Part shown: positions 1-13,605 of the stretch, one piece after another
How positions within the stretch are numbered: position 1 is the first letter of the stretch
How the letters are laid out: each line of letters opens with the position of its first letter
From: Macrostomum lignano
Lineage: Eukaryota
Reading direction: 5' to 3'
DNA: 64,000 bases
Assembly: GCA_002269645.1 (NCBI GenBank)
Contig: NIVC01000553.1
Location: 543,428-607,427, forward strand
Notes under the pieces: model-generated
Database searches by the model: none
The model's input: the letters and a program-made list of their open reading frames with translations, nothing else
Told to the model about the DNA's origin: nothing
Translations under genes and position numbers: made by a program

Positions 1-671
1 CTGCTTTGCACATTCACTGCTGAAACTTTAATAGCTGTTGCTATCATTGCAATAGCCACTGTTGCTCCTCAAGCAGCCAATTGAATGTAGCAAGTCTGTT
101 TTGCTAGGGTTAGGCATATCATTTTGTTGCAGTAATTGCTACTGCTGATATAGGTTCACTAGCAGAGCTCTGCTCAATTCCTAGTTGCTGTTGGTCTCCA
201 AACTCTTCCTGTAAGTCTTCCAGGTAAGGTATCAAAACCTTGCCTTGTCCTCTATCATATCTTCTTCTTCCTCCTGCTCATTATGCAGTCTATACTTTAT
301 ACTCGTAGCTGCAAAAAGCAACTATACAGTAATATTCCTATCTTGACTGCATACAAGTATCTCCCACCATTGTGCAATACCTGACCATTATTTATCAACT
401 ATTCGCAACCTAACCTAGCTGAGGAACTTCATTCACTTCCCTAGTTCAATTGATACAGATAAATCAAGTAGCTATAATTATATGTACATATGCAACAACA
501 AAGCCTTTGTAGGATAAAATGAACAACACAAGAAAAAGGTAATATCAAGCAGGAATAAAAAGCATATTGAGTGCTGGCAGTTGCCAAACTGCTAACTATA
601 GGTATAAAACATTTTGAAGCAAACAGCTTTTTCTACATTTGTGTTAAATTTCTCTTGAATAAAGTCTTTTA

Positions 672-1614
672 TGAGGGGTGTTCCATAAGTACTTATACTT
701 TTGCATGCTACTCATGAACAATGCAATCAATCATTACAAGTTAGGTGTCTCTAGAAAGCAGCTTTTCCCTTCTACAATTTGCTACCAGAATCATTTGGTT
801 CTGTCAGTTTTATCAAAAGTTACAACTACATATGTAGAAAAAGGTCACCCATAGACTTACAAGAAATTTGGAGAAGAGTAATTGCAATATTAAACTGGGA
901 ACCCATCAAGCAGTCAGCTTGGCAAAGTCTATGTGTGATAAGTAGCAGTGCACAGTTTTGCTTGGGGTATCCAGCCTGTCTGCCATCTGATGAATAGTCA
1001 GCCAACAGTCTAGCAGATCCAGAATTAGCTCAATAAGAGCATCAGAGCCCAATGTGCTAGGTTGGCCAGACCTGGGCAGATCAGCAACATTGGTCCTTCC
1101 TGCCTCAAACTGCTTAACCCAGTTGTAAACTGTCATCCTGCTTACCCCGCTAGCTCTATAAATGTTTCATAAATCTGAAAAGATCTCAGAGCACCTCTTT
1201 CCAAGCTTCTTAAGTGTGAAAATTGCAGCATGTAGTCCTTTTGAGTTCATATTCATGGTAATGCAGCAGCCAAGGTAGGTGATATGCTCTTCAAACAGCA
1301 AGAAAAAGCAGTGAAAATTTCTCAAGAAGTCACACTAACACTAAAAGTTTGACTTCTCAGCTAAGCTGAAGCGAGAATTTTCTATAGAGAAAAAATTTAT
1401 GCCTTCAAGAAAGCAAAGGAAGGTGAACTAAAAATTTTTTGCAACATTTTTTCTTGTAAGTCTATGGGTGACCTTTTGCTACATATGTAGTTGTAACTTT
1501 TGATAAAACTGACAGAACCAAATGATTCTGGTAGCAAATTGTAGAAGGGAAAAGCTGCTTTCTAGAGACACCTAACTTGTAATGATTGATTGCGTTGTTC
1601 ATGAGTAGCATGCA
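672..1614 (-). mobile_element. Degenerate Tc1/mariner DNA transposon relic with ~165-bp inverted arms (702-866 / 1450-1614) and the N-terminal transposase HTH fragment
   Basis: ORF 906-1136(-) TVYNWVKQFEAGRTNVADLPRSGQP resembles the mariner HTH/GRP motif. The left end TA|TGAGGGGTGTTCC resembles a mariner TIR after a TA site. The arms are near-perfect inverted copies. No DDD domain is visible. Confidence 0.8.
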
Positions 1615-2134
1615 TATATGCAGAGACAAACAGTACAGGTATACAAAAGCTGGATTTGAGGTAAATGCCTGATATATAGCTTATACATCATGCTGAAATT
1701 CAAACTTATTACTATACCTTTTCTTATAATATACACATTTACCTAAAGTCTACAAGTACCTTAAAATGCATCACACGTGAAATCATAACAGATCAGACAC
1801 CTAGAATAATTAATAACTAGAATGACAATATAGGTCACAGGTCACAGGTCAAGCAAATACAGGTCACAAATCTTTTCCACAACTTCTTTTCACTGTACAA
1901 ACCATAGCCACAGCATTTAGCTCAGTTAATTAGATGTCCAACCACAGCCTTGAATTAGTGACAGTTGGGACAAACTCTGTTGCTGAATAATAGCTGCAAA
2001 AGTGAGCAAAAAGTTTTTTTTAGAATGCAACTAGCAATCTACGCCTCTCACTGGGGAGCCAAAGAAATGCAATACACATTTTTTAATAAGCTACATGTAG
2101 CCTTGAAATCTTAAAAAATCTCCTGTCAAACTTC

Positions 2135-2370
2135 TAACCCTAACTCTAACCATAACCCTAAATTTAATATTTTGTCCATGAGTTTTTGCATGACACTTCC
2201 ATTATTTTTTGCATGATGCTTCCATTATTTTTGCATGACGCTTCCATGATAAACATTTTTAATAAGCTACATGTGTTAAGTTATAAGCTACCCTAACCCG
2301 AATCTTAACGCAATAACCCTGAACCTAACCCTAAACCTAAACCCTAATACCAACCCTAACACTAACCCTA
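2135..2370 (+). repeat. Degenerate (CCCTAA)-like interstitial telomeric-type repeats in two patches
   Basis: ctaaccctaactctaaccataaccctaa and ccctaacccgaatc...cctaaccctaaacctaaaccctaa. Confidence 0.55.
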
Positions 2371-3174
2371 CAGCCTGACATCTGCATAAGTTTGTGAAGT
2401 GCTAGTAGTATTTTTTAGCTTAGTATCTTAGCATTGGGGAGCCAAAAATGCAGTACAAGTTTTGTAATAAACTACATGTAGCATCTACGCTCGTAATAGC
2501 CTACTGAGTTAGTAAAAAGCTAAGCACCTATGATGCAATGGTCACCTCTCCATTGCATTTGATGCATTAAGGTTGTTAAAAAGTCACTAGAGTTGCCTTA
2601 GACATGTTAGAGTCACTAGAGCATGGTTTGCAACAACTCTAGTGACTCTTATCATGGTATCATTTTCCACAGGATGGCCAAAATAATTGTGGCCTTTAAT
2701 CAAAATTTGGTTCTTATCTTTTTTTCTAAAAAAATATTGTTCCATTTTTTGTTCCATTTGTTCCATTTGTTCCATTGTTGTCTAATTTTTGTTAGACATT
2801 TATTATTTGTTTTGGCTTTAGCTTATTATCCTTTTTGCCCTAGTATAAAAAATAGCTTTCTTTATTAGAATTTAATGATCATTTGATAAACTATATAACC
2901 TTACCTTTGGCCTTGGCCTTGAAATGGCACGATTACCTATAAGGGTCAAAATGCATTGGCAATAAAAAATAAAAAAACAAGTTAATTTTTGTTCTCTCCT
3001 TCATGACCAGTGCCATTTCAGGGGTTAGTGCATATATTCACATAATTATGATGTATGATGTATCTTATTGACAAATTTTTAATTTCATGGTATTTTACTT
3101 TTTCTTATATATGAGGTTTCACTAAACTAGACAAGAATAGCCTTAATTGTTAAAAAGATGTCAATTTTGCAGCC

Positions 3175-3374
3175 ATGCAAACAGCGCGCCAGTGCCAATT
3201 CAAGCTTGTGTTGCTGGGCGAATCGGCGGTTGGCAAATCGTCTCTAGTGCTCAGATTTGTCAAGGGCCAGTTTCACGAGTATCAGGAGTCAACCATCGGG
3301 CGGCATTTCTTACACAGACGGTTGTAGTTGACGATGTTACAGTGAAGTTTGAGATTTGGGACACGGCTGGTCAA
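3175..3374 (+). CDS. RAB5: Rab5 GTPase, coding exon 1 (1-bp frameshift at 3298-3300)
   Basis: ATG at 3175 gives [42 protein letters not shown]. After a frameshift the sequence continues [19 protein letters not shown]. Donor CAA|GTGAGT at 3375. Confidence 0.93.
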
Positions 3375-3456
3375 GTGAGTTTTTTTAGTTTTTTATTTCA
3401 TTCTTCCAATGTTAATTTTCATTTCTACGTTTTATAAATTCCTAAATCTGTTTCGT

Positions 3457-4720
3457 CCCATCAAGATCTCCCTGAATCCCATCAAGATCTCCCTGAATCC
3501 CATCAAGATCTCCCTGAATCCCCTCAAGATCTCCCGGAATCCCCTCAAGATCTCCCTGAATCCCCTCAAGATCTCCCGGAATCCCCTCAAGATCTTCCGG
3601 AATCCCCTCAAGATCTCCCTGAATCCCCTCAAGATCTCCCTGAATCCCATCAAGATCTCCCTGAATCCCATCAAGATCTCCCTGAATCCCATCAAGATCT
3701 CCCTGAATCCCATCAAGATCTCCCTGAATCCAATCAAGATCTCCCTGAATCCCATCAAGATCTCCCTGAATCCCATCAAGATCTCCCGGAATCCCATCAA
3801 GATCTCCCTGAATCCCCTCAAGATCTCCCGGAATCCCGTCACGATCTCCCTGAATGACCCCAAGATCTCCCTGAATGACCCTAAGATCTCCCTGAATCCC
3901 ATCAAGATCTCCCTGAATCCCAGTCAAGATCTCCCTGAATGACCCCAAGATCTCCCTGAATAACGCCAAGATCTCCCTGAATGACGCCAAGATCTCCCTG
4001 AATAACGCCAAGATCTCCCTGAATCCAATCAAGATCTCCCCGAATCACGCCAAGATCTCCCTGAATCCAATCAAGATCTCCCTGAATAACGCCAAGATCT
4101 CCCTGAATCCAATCAAGATCTCCCCGAATCACGCCAAGATCTCCCTGAATCCAATCAAGATCTCCCCGAATCACGCCAAGATCTCCCTGAATCCAATCAA
4201 GATCTCCCGGAATCCCATCAAGATCTCCCGGAATCCCGTCACGATCTCCCTGAATCCCATCAAGATCTCCCTGAATCCCATCAAGATCTCCCTGAATCCA
4301 ATCAAGATCTCCCCGAATCACGCCAAGATCTCCCTGAATCCAATCAAGATCTCCCTGAATCCCATCAAGATCTCCCTGAATCCCATCAAGATCTCCCTGA
4401 ATCCCAGTCAAGATCTCCCTGAATGACCCCAAGATCTCCCTGAATCCCATCAAGATCTCCCTGAATCCAATCAAGATCTCCCCGAATCACGCCAAGATCT
4501 CCCTGAATCCAATCAAGATCTCCCTGAATCCCATCAAGATCTCCCTGAATCCCATCAAGATCTCCCTGAATCCCAGTCAAGATCTCCCTGAATGACCCCA
4601 AGATCTCCCTGAATCCAATCAAGATCTCCCTGAATCCCATCAAGATCTCCCTGAATCCCATCAAGATCTCCCTGAATCCAGTCAAGATCTTCCTGAATCA
4701 AATCAAGATCTCCCTGAATG
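3457..4720 (+). repeat. ~21-bp minisatellite (CCCATCAAGATCTCCCTGAAT)n in the Rab5 intron
   Basis: Direct tandem array with variant units. It accounts for the repetitive ORFs 3409-4794. Confidence 0.97.
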
Positions 4721-4901
4721 TTCAGATCATGAATCTTTAGTAGAGCTTCCTGAATCCTAAAAAGCCTTTCCAAATACTCATATAGATGACTCAAAATCTA
4801 AATGAGATCTTCCGAAATCCCCATAAAATCTCCAATGGGAGCCACCAGATTTACACAATCGCCCAACTCACACCGGAGTGACATGAACACCCACCCCGCA
4901 G

Positions 4902-5333
4902 GAGCGGTACCACTCGCTGGCTCCAATGTACTACCGAGGCGCCCAAGCGGCCATTGTAGTGTACGACGTGACCAGCTCCGATTCGTTTCAACGAGCCAAA
5001 TCTTGGATTCGCGAGCTGAACGAAAAAGCCACCGCGGTAAAGGTAGTCGCTTTAGCCGGCAACAAAGTCGATCTTCAACAGCAGCGGCTGGTCGACTTAA
5101 CTGAGGCTCAGCAGTTCGCCGACGACAAAGGCTTGATCTTCATGGAGACCAGTGCCAAGACGGCTATGAATGTCAACGATCTGTTTCTGTCTGTTGCTAA
5201 GCGGCTGGCTCAACTGGGCGACGCGGCTGGCGGCATCGGCGGCGGCGCCGGAGGTGGCGCTAGCGGCGGCCAGCGGCTGCAGCAGGGCGGCGGCTCCGGC
5301 GACTCCGGGCGCGGGTCGTCCTGCTGCAAATAA
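4902..5333 (+). CDS. RAB5: Rab5 GTPase, coding exon 2
   Basis: Acceptor CCCCGCAG|GAGCGGTAC, phase 0. [42 protein letters not shown]-terminal CC prenylation motif (SSCCK*). Confidence 0.96.
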   Translation, partial: ERYHSLAPMYYRGAQAAIVVYDVTSSDSFQRAKSWIRELNEKATAVKVVALAGNKVDLQQQRLVDLTEAQQFADDKGLIFMETSAKTAMNVNDLFLSVAKRLAQLGDAAGGIGGGAGGGASGGQRLQQGGGSGDSGRGSSCCK

Positions 5334-7869
5334 TCGACTTCTATACTGACTTAACTGACCCACACTGTTCACAAGCTTTGTGTTCGAGGCACAGTGACAC
5401 AGGCAGATTTCATAAGCAAAAATAGAACGGCAAATTATTTAATTAATTAATAATGTGCTTGCAGGGTTTTATTTATTAAGTTAGATTTATAAAGAAAAAT
5501 GATGTATTCGGACATATTTGCACTTTTTTTAGTTAAAAGTGTCGTCTGTCCATGTTTCTGGGGGCTTCACTCCAGCGCGAGATCTCTTCTCTGTCTGTCT
5601 CTATCGCTCTCAGTGCGTTTTTTGCTTTCTTGAAATATGTGAAAGTATACGAATATAATCATCTACGTTTAGTAAGCACCTGTCGTGTTCGTATTCAGTA
5701 TATTTTGTTATCTTTTTTTCCTGTGTTTCTTTCTTATCCAGTCTACAGCCGCTTATAATAATGATAACTGATATTGGTGTCACTTTTCTTCACATATTTA
5801 CATTCTTTTGTAAAATGAGATTTACTACTACTTTCTAACCATTCAGTAGCGAGTAAATATATAGCAGTTATTTTTTGGAGGAAGGCGCGAAGTTGGGCTT
5901 CTTTCTAAACGAGAGAATCGCGAGACAAGTTTTACGAAACAAGTGCTAGATAAAATGTACATTGCCCACGCCCGGCAGGCAGTGTACATTTTAGCTTGGC
6001 CCAGTGGGGGGAGGGGGTTGGGCAATAAATCGGGGCGCGGGGTTTGTATAGACTATAGAAGAAAAGCGCACGAACAGATAAGGGAGAGGGCAATAAAGAA
6101 AATTAGCTGACAGAAATCACGTGACGTGAACTAATGTTCATTGCAGTGTACATTTAATCCTTGCCCAACGCGGAGTTAAGGTTGGGTATGAAAACAATGT
6201 TTAATGCTACTAAATTGTTTAGTAGCTTAAACGAACAAAGTTAATTTAATTATAAATTGGGTGTTTTTCTTTACGATTCTGCTAAACTAATATTAATTAC
6301 AAATTAAATCTTCTCGTTAATAATTGCATTGATTTCAGAGCAAATTTTTCCTGTCCTCAATGATGACTAATATCTGTTTAAATTTGTCTTTTCTGTTGCT
6401 TTCGGCTTTCCTGCTTCTGTTGGCAACACATTAAGATAAAATATATGAAGTTTGCTTACACTACTGCTTTCCTATTGTTAGTAGTTGCTTTTGCTTAACG
6501 TCCCTCTTTCACTTCTTAATCTAAATTCTTCAAGGTAGATAGTACGAATGGAAATAAGCGCGCCATACCAACTTATTATTAAAGTTGGTAAGAAGAGTGT
6601 TCAGCACATGCACTGTTCATTTTATGTAGATATTGAAAATTGCAATTCTTTTGTAAAAAAAATCACTAAATTCTAACCATAACAATGACATTGCGAGACT
6701 AATATTTTTACTAACAAGAACTCGCACGCGTGCTTACGTTCTGGTCTGCTTTTTTCTACCTCTCTCTCTAAATTCTTTCTTCATCTTAGTCTCAACTTGA
6801 ACTCTCTCTCAGTCTCTGCTTCTGTTTATGTAGATTCTTCAGATGCTTGCCCTGGGGTACAACTCATTGTTGTTGGAGCTAAAATGTTAGACACTTTTGG
6901 TGTACTTATAGTAGTATATTTCTAGTTTAGTAGTGTAGACCTGCTTTTCGTTTTTTTGTCCCACCTTTTGTTTTCCTGTCTGCCTGTCTCCTGTTCACTA
7001 TTCAGTATATAATATAAGAAATTGAAATTTATTATTTTTACTACACATATTACTCTCAATACTGTGTTCGTTCATTTATTGCCATCTGCCCCTCTGCACA
7101 GTAAACTCGACCAGATGCTTGTACAAATTTTCAGTTGCTGCAGTCGGAAAGGAAGATAAAGTGTCGCGTTCGAGATTTAACCTTTATTGTTGGCGTTATC
7201 AGTGATTGAAATTAGCTTCAATTAGAAATTAGTGGTTGAAATTGAAATAGGGCAAATCCCGAGCTGTTTAATCCTCAGTTTATGTTTTTTCTTCCTACGA
7301 GCGTACAAATATATAATTAATATTTCTACGTGTTACATATGCAGTAATATTAATACAAAGTAACAGTTAATATTATATTACTACTATTAATACACGATGG
7401 CATGAGGCATGGCAGAAATTTTCTCCTGTGAAGTCTGCTATCTGCAGGCTTATAATTGCATATATATTCTATTATTAATAAATATACATTATATTATGCA
7501 TATATTCATCCAAACAATTACGAAGCTTTGTTGTGTCTTTGAAATGTGCTTCTTTTTTACTCTCTTTTGTGGTTGTGTGCATCGATAGGTGGTTTAATAA
7601 GCGCAGCTATAAATATGACATCTTCTAAAAGAGAAGTTGGCGGAAATTGCTTTAGGAAAACTTTGCGATAACCTATACTCAATGCGGCCCTTTTTGGCTC
7701 CCACTACGCTTAAATACTGTACGAGGCGTTTATTGGGTTGGCCTAAATTAAGTACTTTGTATTATTCCTATCGAAGTCAAAGTCCTATCGTTAGTGCCAC
7801 TTTTAAAATATTTGGGTGCCAGAGCGAGGACGGCGCACTAGCCAAGGCAATGCAAAAGATGCAGGACGC

Positions 7870-8165
7870 CCGGGCGGTCATCGAGTGCCACTTTTCAAAT
7901 CTATGGGTGCCATTTTGAGCGGTCATCGACTGCCGCTTCAAATTTATAAATGCCATTTTGTGTAGTCATTGAGTGCGACTTTTTAAATCTATGGATACCC
8001 TTTTGTGCGGTCAAGTGCCACTTCAAATCTGCATGTACAGTATGAGTGCCATTTTGAGCGGTCATCGAGTGCCACTTCAAATCTACATGTACAGTATGAG
8101 TGCCATTTTGAGCGGTCATCGAGTGCCACTTTTCAACTCTGTGCATGAAGGTGCCATTTTGAAAG
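7870..8165 (+). repeat. Degenerate ~55-bp tandem repeat (GCGGTCATCGAGTGCCACTT...GTGCCATTTTGA)
   Basis: About five related units seen directly. Confidence 0.8.
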
Positions 8166-8527
8166 GTAATCTAGTGCCACTTTACACTTTTGGTTAGATC
8201 CAGATAGGCCTGATGCGAGGCGTTTATTTCTGTTTCGGTGCATCGACATCAAATGGCTTCTTTCGCTCTGCTGAACTCTGCAGTGCGTCCACTGATTGCA
8301 GCTCACAATGTAACTGATTATGATTATTACTGCCGCATCAAGGATGCACTCTAATTAACGGTTATCGGAAATCACTGACCGAACTGAGCTGTGGTTGGAG
8401 GGCACTGTAAAGACAGGTGAAGTGAGAATTGGCAATGCGCGTGTACATTTACATGTACATTCAGGTGGGAGCAATAAGACCGGCGCTCAATGCTACTTCC
8501 TTTCTGATCTTTAAGTATGATAAACTT

Positions 8528-9152
8528 GACCTGGATCCCTGACCACCTGACCCAGATGTCTCTTAGATCCCTGACCACCTGGACCCAGATGTCTCTTAGA
8601 TCCTTGATCACCTGGACCCAGATGTCTCTTAGATCCTTGATCGCCTGAGCCAGATGTCTCTGATCCTTGATCACCTGAGCCAGATGTCTCTTAGATCCTT
8701 GATCACCTGAGCCAGATGTCTCAAATCCTTGACCACCTGACCCAGATGTCTCTTAGATCCTTGATCACCTGAGCCAGATGTCTCAAATCCTTGACCACCT
8801 GACCCAGATGTCTCTTAGATCCTTGATCACCTGAGCCAGATGTCTCAAATCCTTGACCACTTGAGCCAGATGTCTCAAATCCTTGACCACCTGAGCCAGA
8901 TGTCTCAAATCCTTGACCACCTGACCCAGATGTCTCTTAGATCCTTGACCACCTGAGCCAGATGTCTCAAATCCTTGACCACCTGACCCAGATGTCTCTT
9001 AGATCCTTGACCACCTGAGCCAGATGTCTCTTAGATCCTTGATCACCTGACCCAGATGTCTCTTAGATCCTTGATCACCTGAGCCAGATGTCTCTTAGAT
9101 CCTTGATCACCTGACCCAGATGTCTCAAATCCTTGACCACCTGACCCAGATG
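8528..9152 (+). repeat. ~30-33-bp minisatellite (CCTGAGCCAGATGTCTCTTAGATCCTTGATCA)n
   Basis: Direct tandem array. Confidence 0.95.
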
Positions 9153-9713
9153 GCCCCAAAACACATTGAGTCTGTTGCAAAATGCAAACTCCTAAATTAA
9201 TTTATAAGCAATATAGAATTAAATATTAGATTACCTGGCATAAAAAAGTACATTGTTACTGCCTTGAAGGGAGGGAGGCACTTCATTATCTCGCTTCGCT
9301 GCGCCATCCTATCGAGTGTTCGTTGGTTGCGGTTTTTTCCTTCAATTAACCTCACAAGCTCGGCTTGTTTTGCATAAAGTCCCTGGGACAGAGAAAATTG
9401 AGTTAAGCCACGCGATTGAGAATTGCGATATTGAGATGTATGTAACTTTATCAAATTCAAAAGGTTTGAGTCGGCTGATTGTCTATTGAATTAGGGGCGG
9501 GGGGGGGCTTTGATTGTGAAATTTTTCCCGCTGCCTGGGTAGAAGAGAATCTTTAAGCGACTATAGAGAATGAGATGGAGTGACTGAGAAAGCTGTAAAC
9601 ATTTATTTAAGTCGCAATGTACTTTAAATAATGAGATAATGGTATTTAGCGAATGCAATGGGAAATACTAGTTTGGTGCGAAATGTGCATGGAAAGACTG
9701 GGAAAATTAGTGA

Positions 9714-10210
9714 GGGAGAGTGAGGGAGAGAGGGGGGAGAGGGGGAGAGTGAGTGAGGAAGAGGGGTGAGTGGGAGAGAGGGTGAGTGAGTAAGAGAGGG
9801 GTGAGTGAGGGAGAGAGGGTGAGTGAGTAAGAGAGGGGTGAGTGAGGGAGAGAGGGTGAGTGAGTAAGAGAGGGGTGAGTGAGGGAGAGAGGGTGAGTGA
9901 GGGAGAGAGGGTGAGTGAGGGAGAGAGGGTGAGTGAGTAAGAGAGGGGTGAGTGAGGGAGAGAGGGTGAGTGAGGGAGAGGGGGTGAGTAAGGGAGAGAG
10001 GGGTGAGAGGGGGAGAGGGGGAGAGTGAGGGAGAGAGGGGTGAGTGGGAGAGAGGGTGAGTGAGTAAGAGAGGGGTGAGTGAGGGAGAGAGGGGTGAGTG
10101 AGGGAGAGAGGGTGAGTGGGAGAGAGGGTGAGTGAGGGAGAGGGGGTGAGTGAGGGAGAGGGGGTGAGTAAGGGAGAGAGGGGGATAGGGTGAGAGGAGT
10201 GAGTGGTAGA
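9714..10210 (+). repeat. GA-rich low-complexity tract (GAGGGTGAGTGAGGGAGA-like)
   Basis: Purine-rich tandem units. Confidence 0.9.
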
Positions 10211-10553
10211 GAGGAATGGAGGACTTTCTAGTTAGACTTAAGTTAGAACTAATTAGACTTTCTAATGGTCAGACATCAACACACTCTATGCCTTGGGGGC
10301 TGGCCCTCATGGCTGCGAATAGCTCGACAACCCCCAAAAGAATGTCGCGAGAGCCAGACACGTTTACCCATGAACGCAAAAGCATTGGATACTCTCCATC
10401 TCTAATTGGCCAGTTGAGCACCAACCAATGAGAGCGGCTTGTCATCATTTGAAAATTGACTCAAGCCAAGTTGTATCTTGTATCTTGCCTGCAGTAGCAG
10501 CCCGGGTTGTCGTCAGTTCAGCAAGAGGTTTAGCTTTGCCTATTGCTAACTCA

Positions 10554-10942
10554 ATGACAGGTTTGTTGTTGCAGCTGTGTTTCTTGTTGCTATGCCAACA
10601 CGCGCCAGTCGGTCGCTGCCTGCTTCATCGGAGCTGCACCAACCGGCTCAGTCTGTACGTTGTGGTACCCAGGTGCACGGCTTACTATGTGAATGCGGCC
10701 CTGATTGACCCGGCTTACCGGCTGGGCTGGCGGGCGGTGCAGAGACGCCAGTCCGAGTTCCATCCGCTGCTTACTGGCTCCGGTGACAGAGCGGTCAGCC
10801 ACCAGTTCATCTACGAGGATGTCAAATGGTACGAGAAAGTCCTGGAGGGTGTGACAGACGGTTCAGCGACTGATGTGGAGACGGTGGACCCATACTACCT
10901 CAACTACAGGATGAACGCCTACTTCTATAATGTTTCCGTTGG
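10554..10942 (+). CDS. Receptor guanylyl cyclase variable cassette A, exon 1 (signal peptide and start of ANF-receptor ligand-binding domain)
   Basis: MTGLLLQLCFLLLCQHAPVGRC is a hydrophobic leader, followed by LSLYVVVP..IDPAYRLG. Donor GTTGG|GTGAGT (phase 2) joins exon A2 in frame. Confidence 0.72.
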
Positions 10943-10975
10943 GTGAGTCTTGCGTTCGTTTTATGCGGGGCAATG

Positions 10976-11680
10976 ATGACGAGAGGAGGGGAGATGTGGG
11001 GAGAGGAGATGCGAGGAGAGGATATGTGGGGAGAGGAGATGTGGGGAGAGGAGATGTGAGGAGAGGAGATGTGGGGAGAGGAGAGGAGATGTGGGGAGAG
11101 GAGAGGAGATGCGAGGAGAGGAGGAGAGAAGTGGAGAGAGGAGATGTGGGGAGAGGAGATGTGGGGAGAGGAGATGTGGGGAGAGGAGATGTGAGGAGAG
11201 GAGATGTGGGAAGAAGAGATGTGGGGAGAGGAGAAGAGATGTGTGGAGAGGAGGAGAGATGTCGGGAGAAGAGAGAAGTGGGAGGAGGGGAGATGGGAGT
11301 GGAGAGAGGAGATGTGGGGAGAGGATATGTGGGGAGAGGAGATGTGGGGAGAGGAGATGTGAGGAGAGGAGATGTGGGGAGAGGAGAGGAGATGTCGGGA
11401 GAGGAGAGGAGATGTGGGATGAGGAGAGGAGATGTGGGGAGAGGAGATGTGAGGAGAGGAGATGTGGGGAGAGGAGATGTGAGGAGAGGAGATGTGGGGA
11501 GAGGAGAAGAGATGTGTGGAGAGGAGGAGAGATGTCGGGAGAAGAGAGAAGTGGGAGGAGGGGAGATGGGAGAGGAGAGGAGATGTGAGGAGACGAGGAG
11601 GAGAACTGGGGAGAGGAGAGGAGAAGAGGGTCGTGTGGGGAGAAGAGGAGAGAAGAGGACAGAGACAGGAGAGGACAGAG
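10976..11680 (+). repeat. ~15-bp GA-rich minisatellite (GATGTGGGGAGAGGA)n
   Basis: Tandem units immediately after the cassette A exon-1 donor. Confidence 0.93.
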
Positions 11681-12040
11681 GTAGGTGAGCAGAGATACTG
11701 AGCCTGGAACTGTGGAGCTGAGTGGGGGGGGGGCACTGTAGAAGCCCAGCTGAGTAACCAGCAGGGATGATCATCAACTCAATGTGCTGAGACTCGGATA
11801 ACGCACTTCTTTATATCCAAGCTTCTGGCGGAAGCACGTTGAGAGCAGCGAATAAGAGCTCATTCCAGACCTCATCAGCCACCAGTCGAGTCCAGTCTGA
11901 TTACTCAATAATTTATGTACGAGTAGCTTGTTGCATCGGCTGGCAACTCAAGAGTTAATAAATACACTATTATCAAACCCTTCCAGTTCATGTTGCTCCA
12001 GAGTTTGTGGGGAAAATCGGGGAAATGGGGAAAATAGTTT

Positions 12041-12854
<814 letters not shown>

Positions 12855-13296
12855 AAATGAAAGGTTAGCCCTAGTTTTCGCAAGTGCATAGAAACGTCTG
12901 TGCAGGTGTTGGGCGGGAGCCTGCCTGCACCGGTGATCCAATTATCCCTTTGCTCGTAAAGGATACTTCGAGTCATTCCGAATGATGCGGCTGTCGCTTG
13001 TGCGAGACGTTGAAAATAATTAAAGACAGAAATTTAGCTCAAACTGCAGGCCGCGAAAATTGCGGCGGGGCATTTGGAGTTCTCAAGCTCTTATCCTGCT
13101 CTCAGCTTCGGGAGAACGGCTAACCAGGCTGCTGTGCTGTGGCATTCACGAAATTTTGCAGTTCATTTTTATCTTTTAAAAGTTCGATTAATTATGTTTT
13201 TGGATCATCTGTAAAGGTTCTAGTAGAAAGAAAAGTAAAGTGTACACTTTGTTGTTCTCAAAAAGCTAAAAGTCTAAAAGAATCCATCTAAAAGAA

Positions 13297-13440
13297 GGGA
13301 TAGCCAAGTGGCTAGAGCATCGGACTCACGACTGAAAGGTCGGGAGTTCGACTCTCGACCAACTCGGAACAATTTGCGTCCTTGATCAAGACACTTAACT
13401 CTGCATTGCTTCAGTTCACCCAGCTGTAAAATGGGTTTCA
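13297..13440 (+). mobile_element. tRNA-derived SINE with CORE(MIR)-like central domain
   Basis: A box TAGCCAAGTGG and B box GTTCGACTC, then TGCGTCCTTGATCAAGACACTTAAC...CAGCTGTAAAATGGG, which resembles the CORE-SINE consensus. A (CAT)n tract follows. Confidence 0.7.
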
Positions 13441-13488
13441 GCATTAGCTGGCGTAATTGAGGATGTGTGGTGACCCCCTCCCCTCCTT

Positions 13489-13566
13489 GATCATCATCAT
13501 CATCATCACCACCACCATCATCACCATCATCATCATCAGCATCATCATCATCATCATCATCATCAG

Positions 13567-13605
<39 letters not shown>

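Noticed and set aside
1-660. Possible decayed coding or TE sequence on the minus strand
   Set aside because: Fragments with multiple stops and no motif I can recognise with confidence.
3409-4794. Long repetitive ORFs (ISLNPIK.., GFREILM.., IQGDLDG..)
   Set aside because: Translations of the 21-bp intronic minisatellite in several frames on both strands, with no splice or start context.
6117-6129. TCACGTGACGTGA E-box/CRE-like motif in a CpG-richer segment after Rab5
   Set aside because: A single short motif with no transcript evidence cannot be assigned to a promoter.
10863-11777. 250-300 aa Pro/Ser- or Arg/Gly-rich ORFs
   Set aside because: Artefacts of the GA-rich minisatellite lacking stop codons.
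11850-11885. CUGAUGA on the minus strand, possible hammerhead
   Set aside because: No stem II followed by GAAA and no UH cleavage triplet.
13297-13375. Possible tRNA gene (CAC in the anticodon-like loop)
   Set aside because: No pairing acceptor stem, an irregular anticodon arm, and it continues into a CORE-like SINE body.
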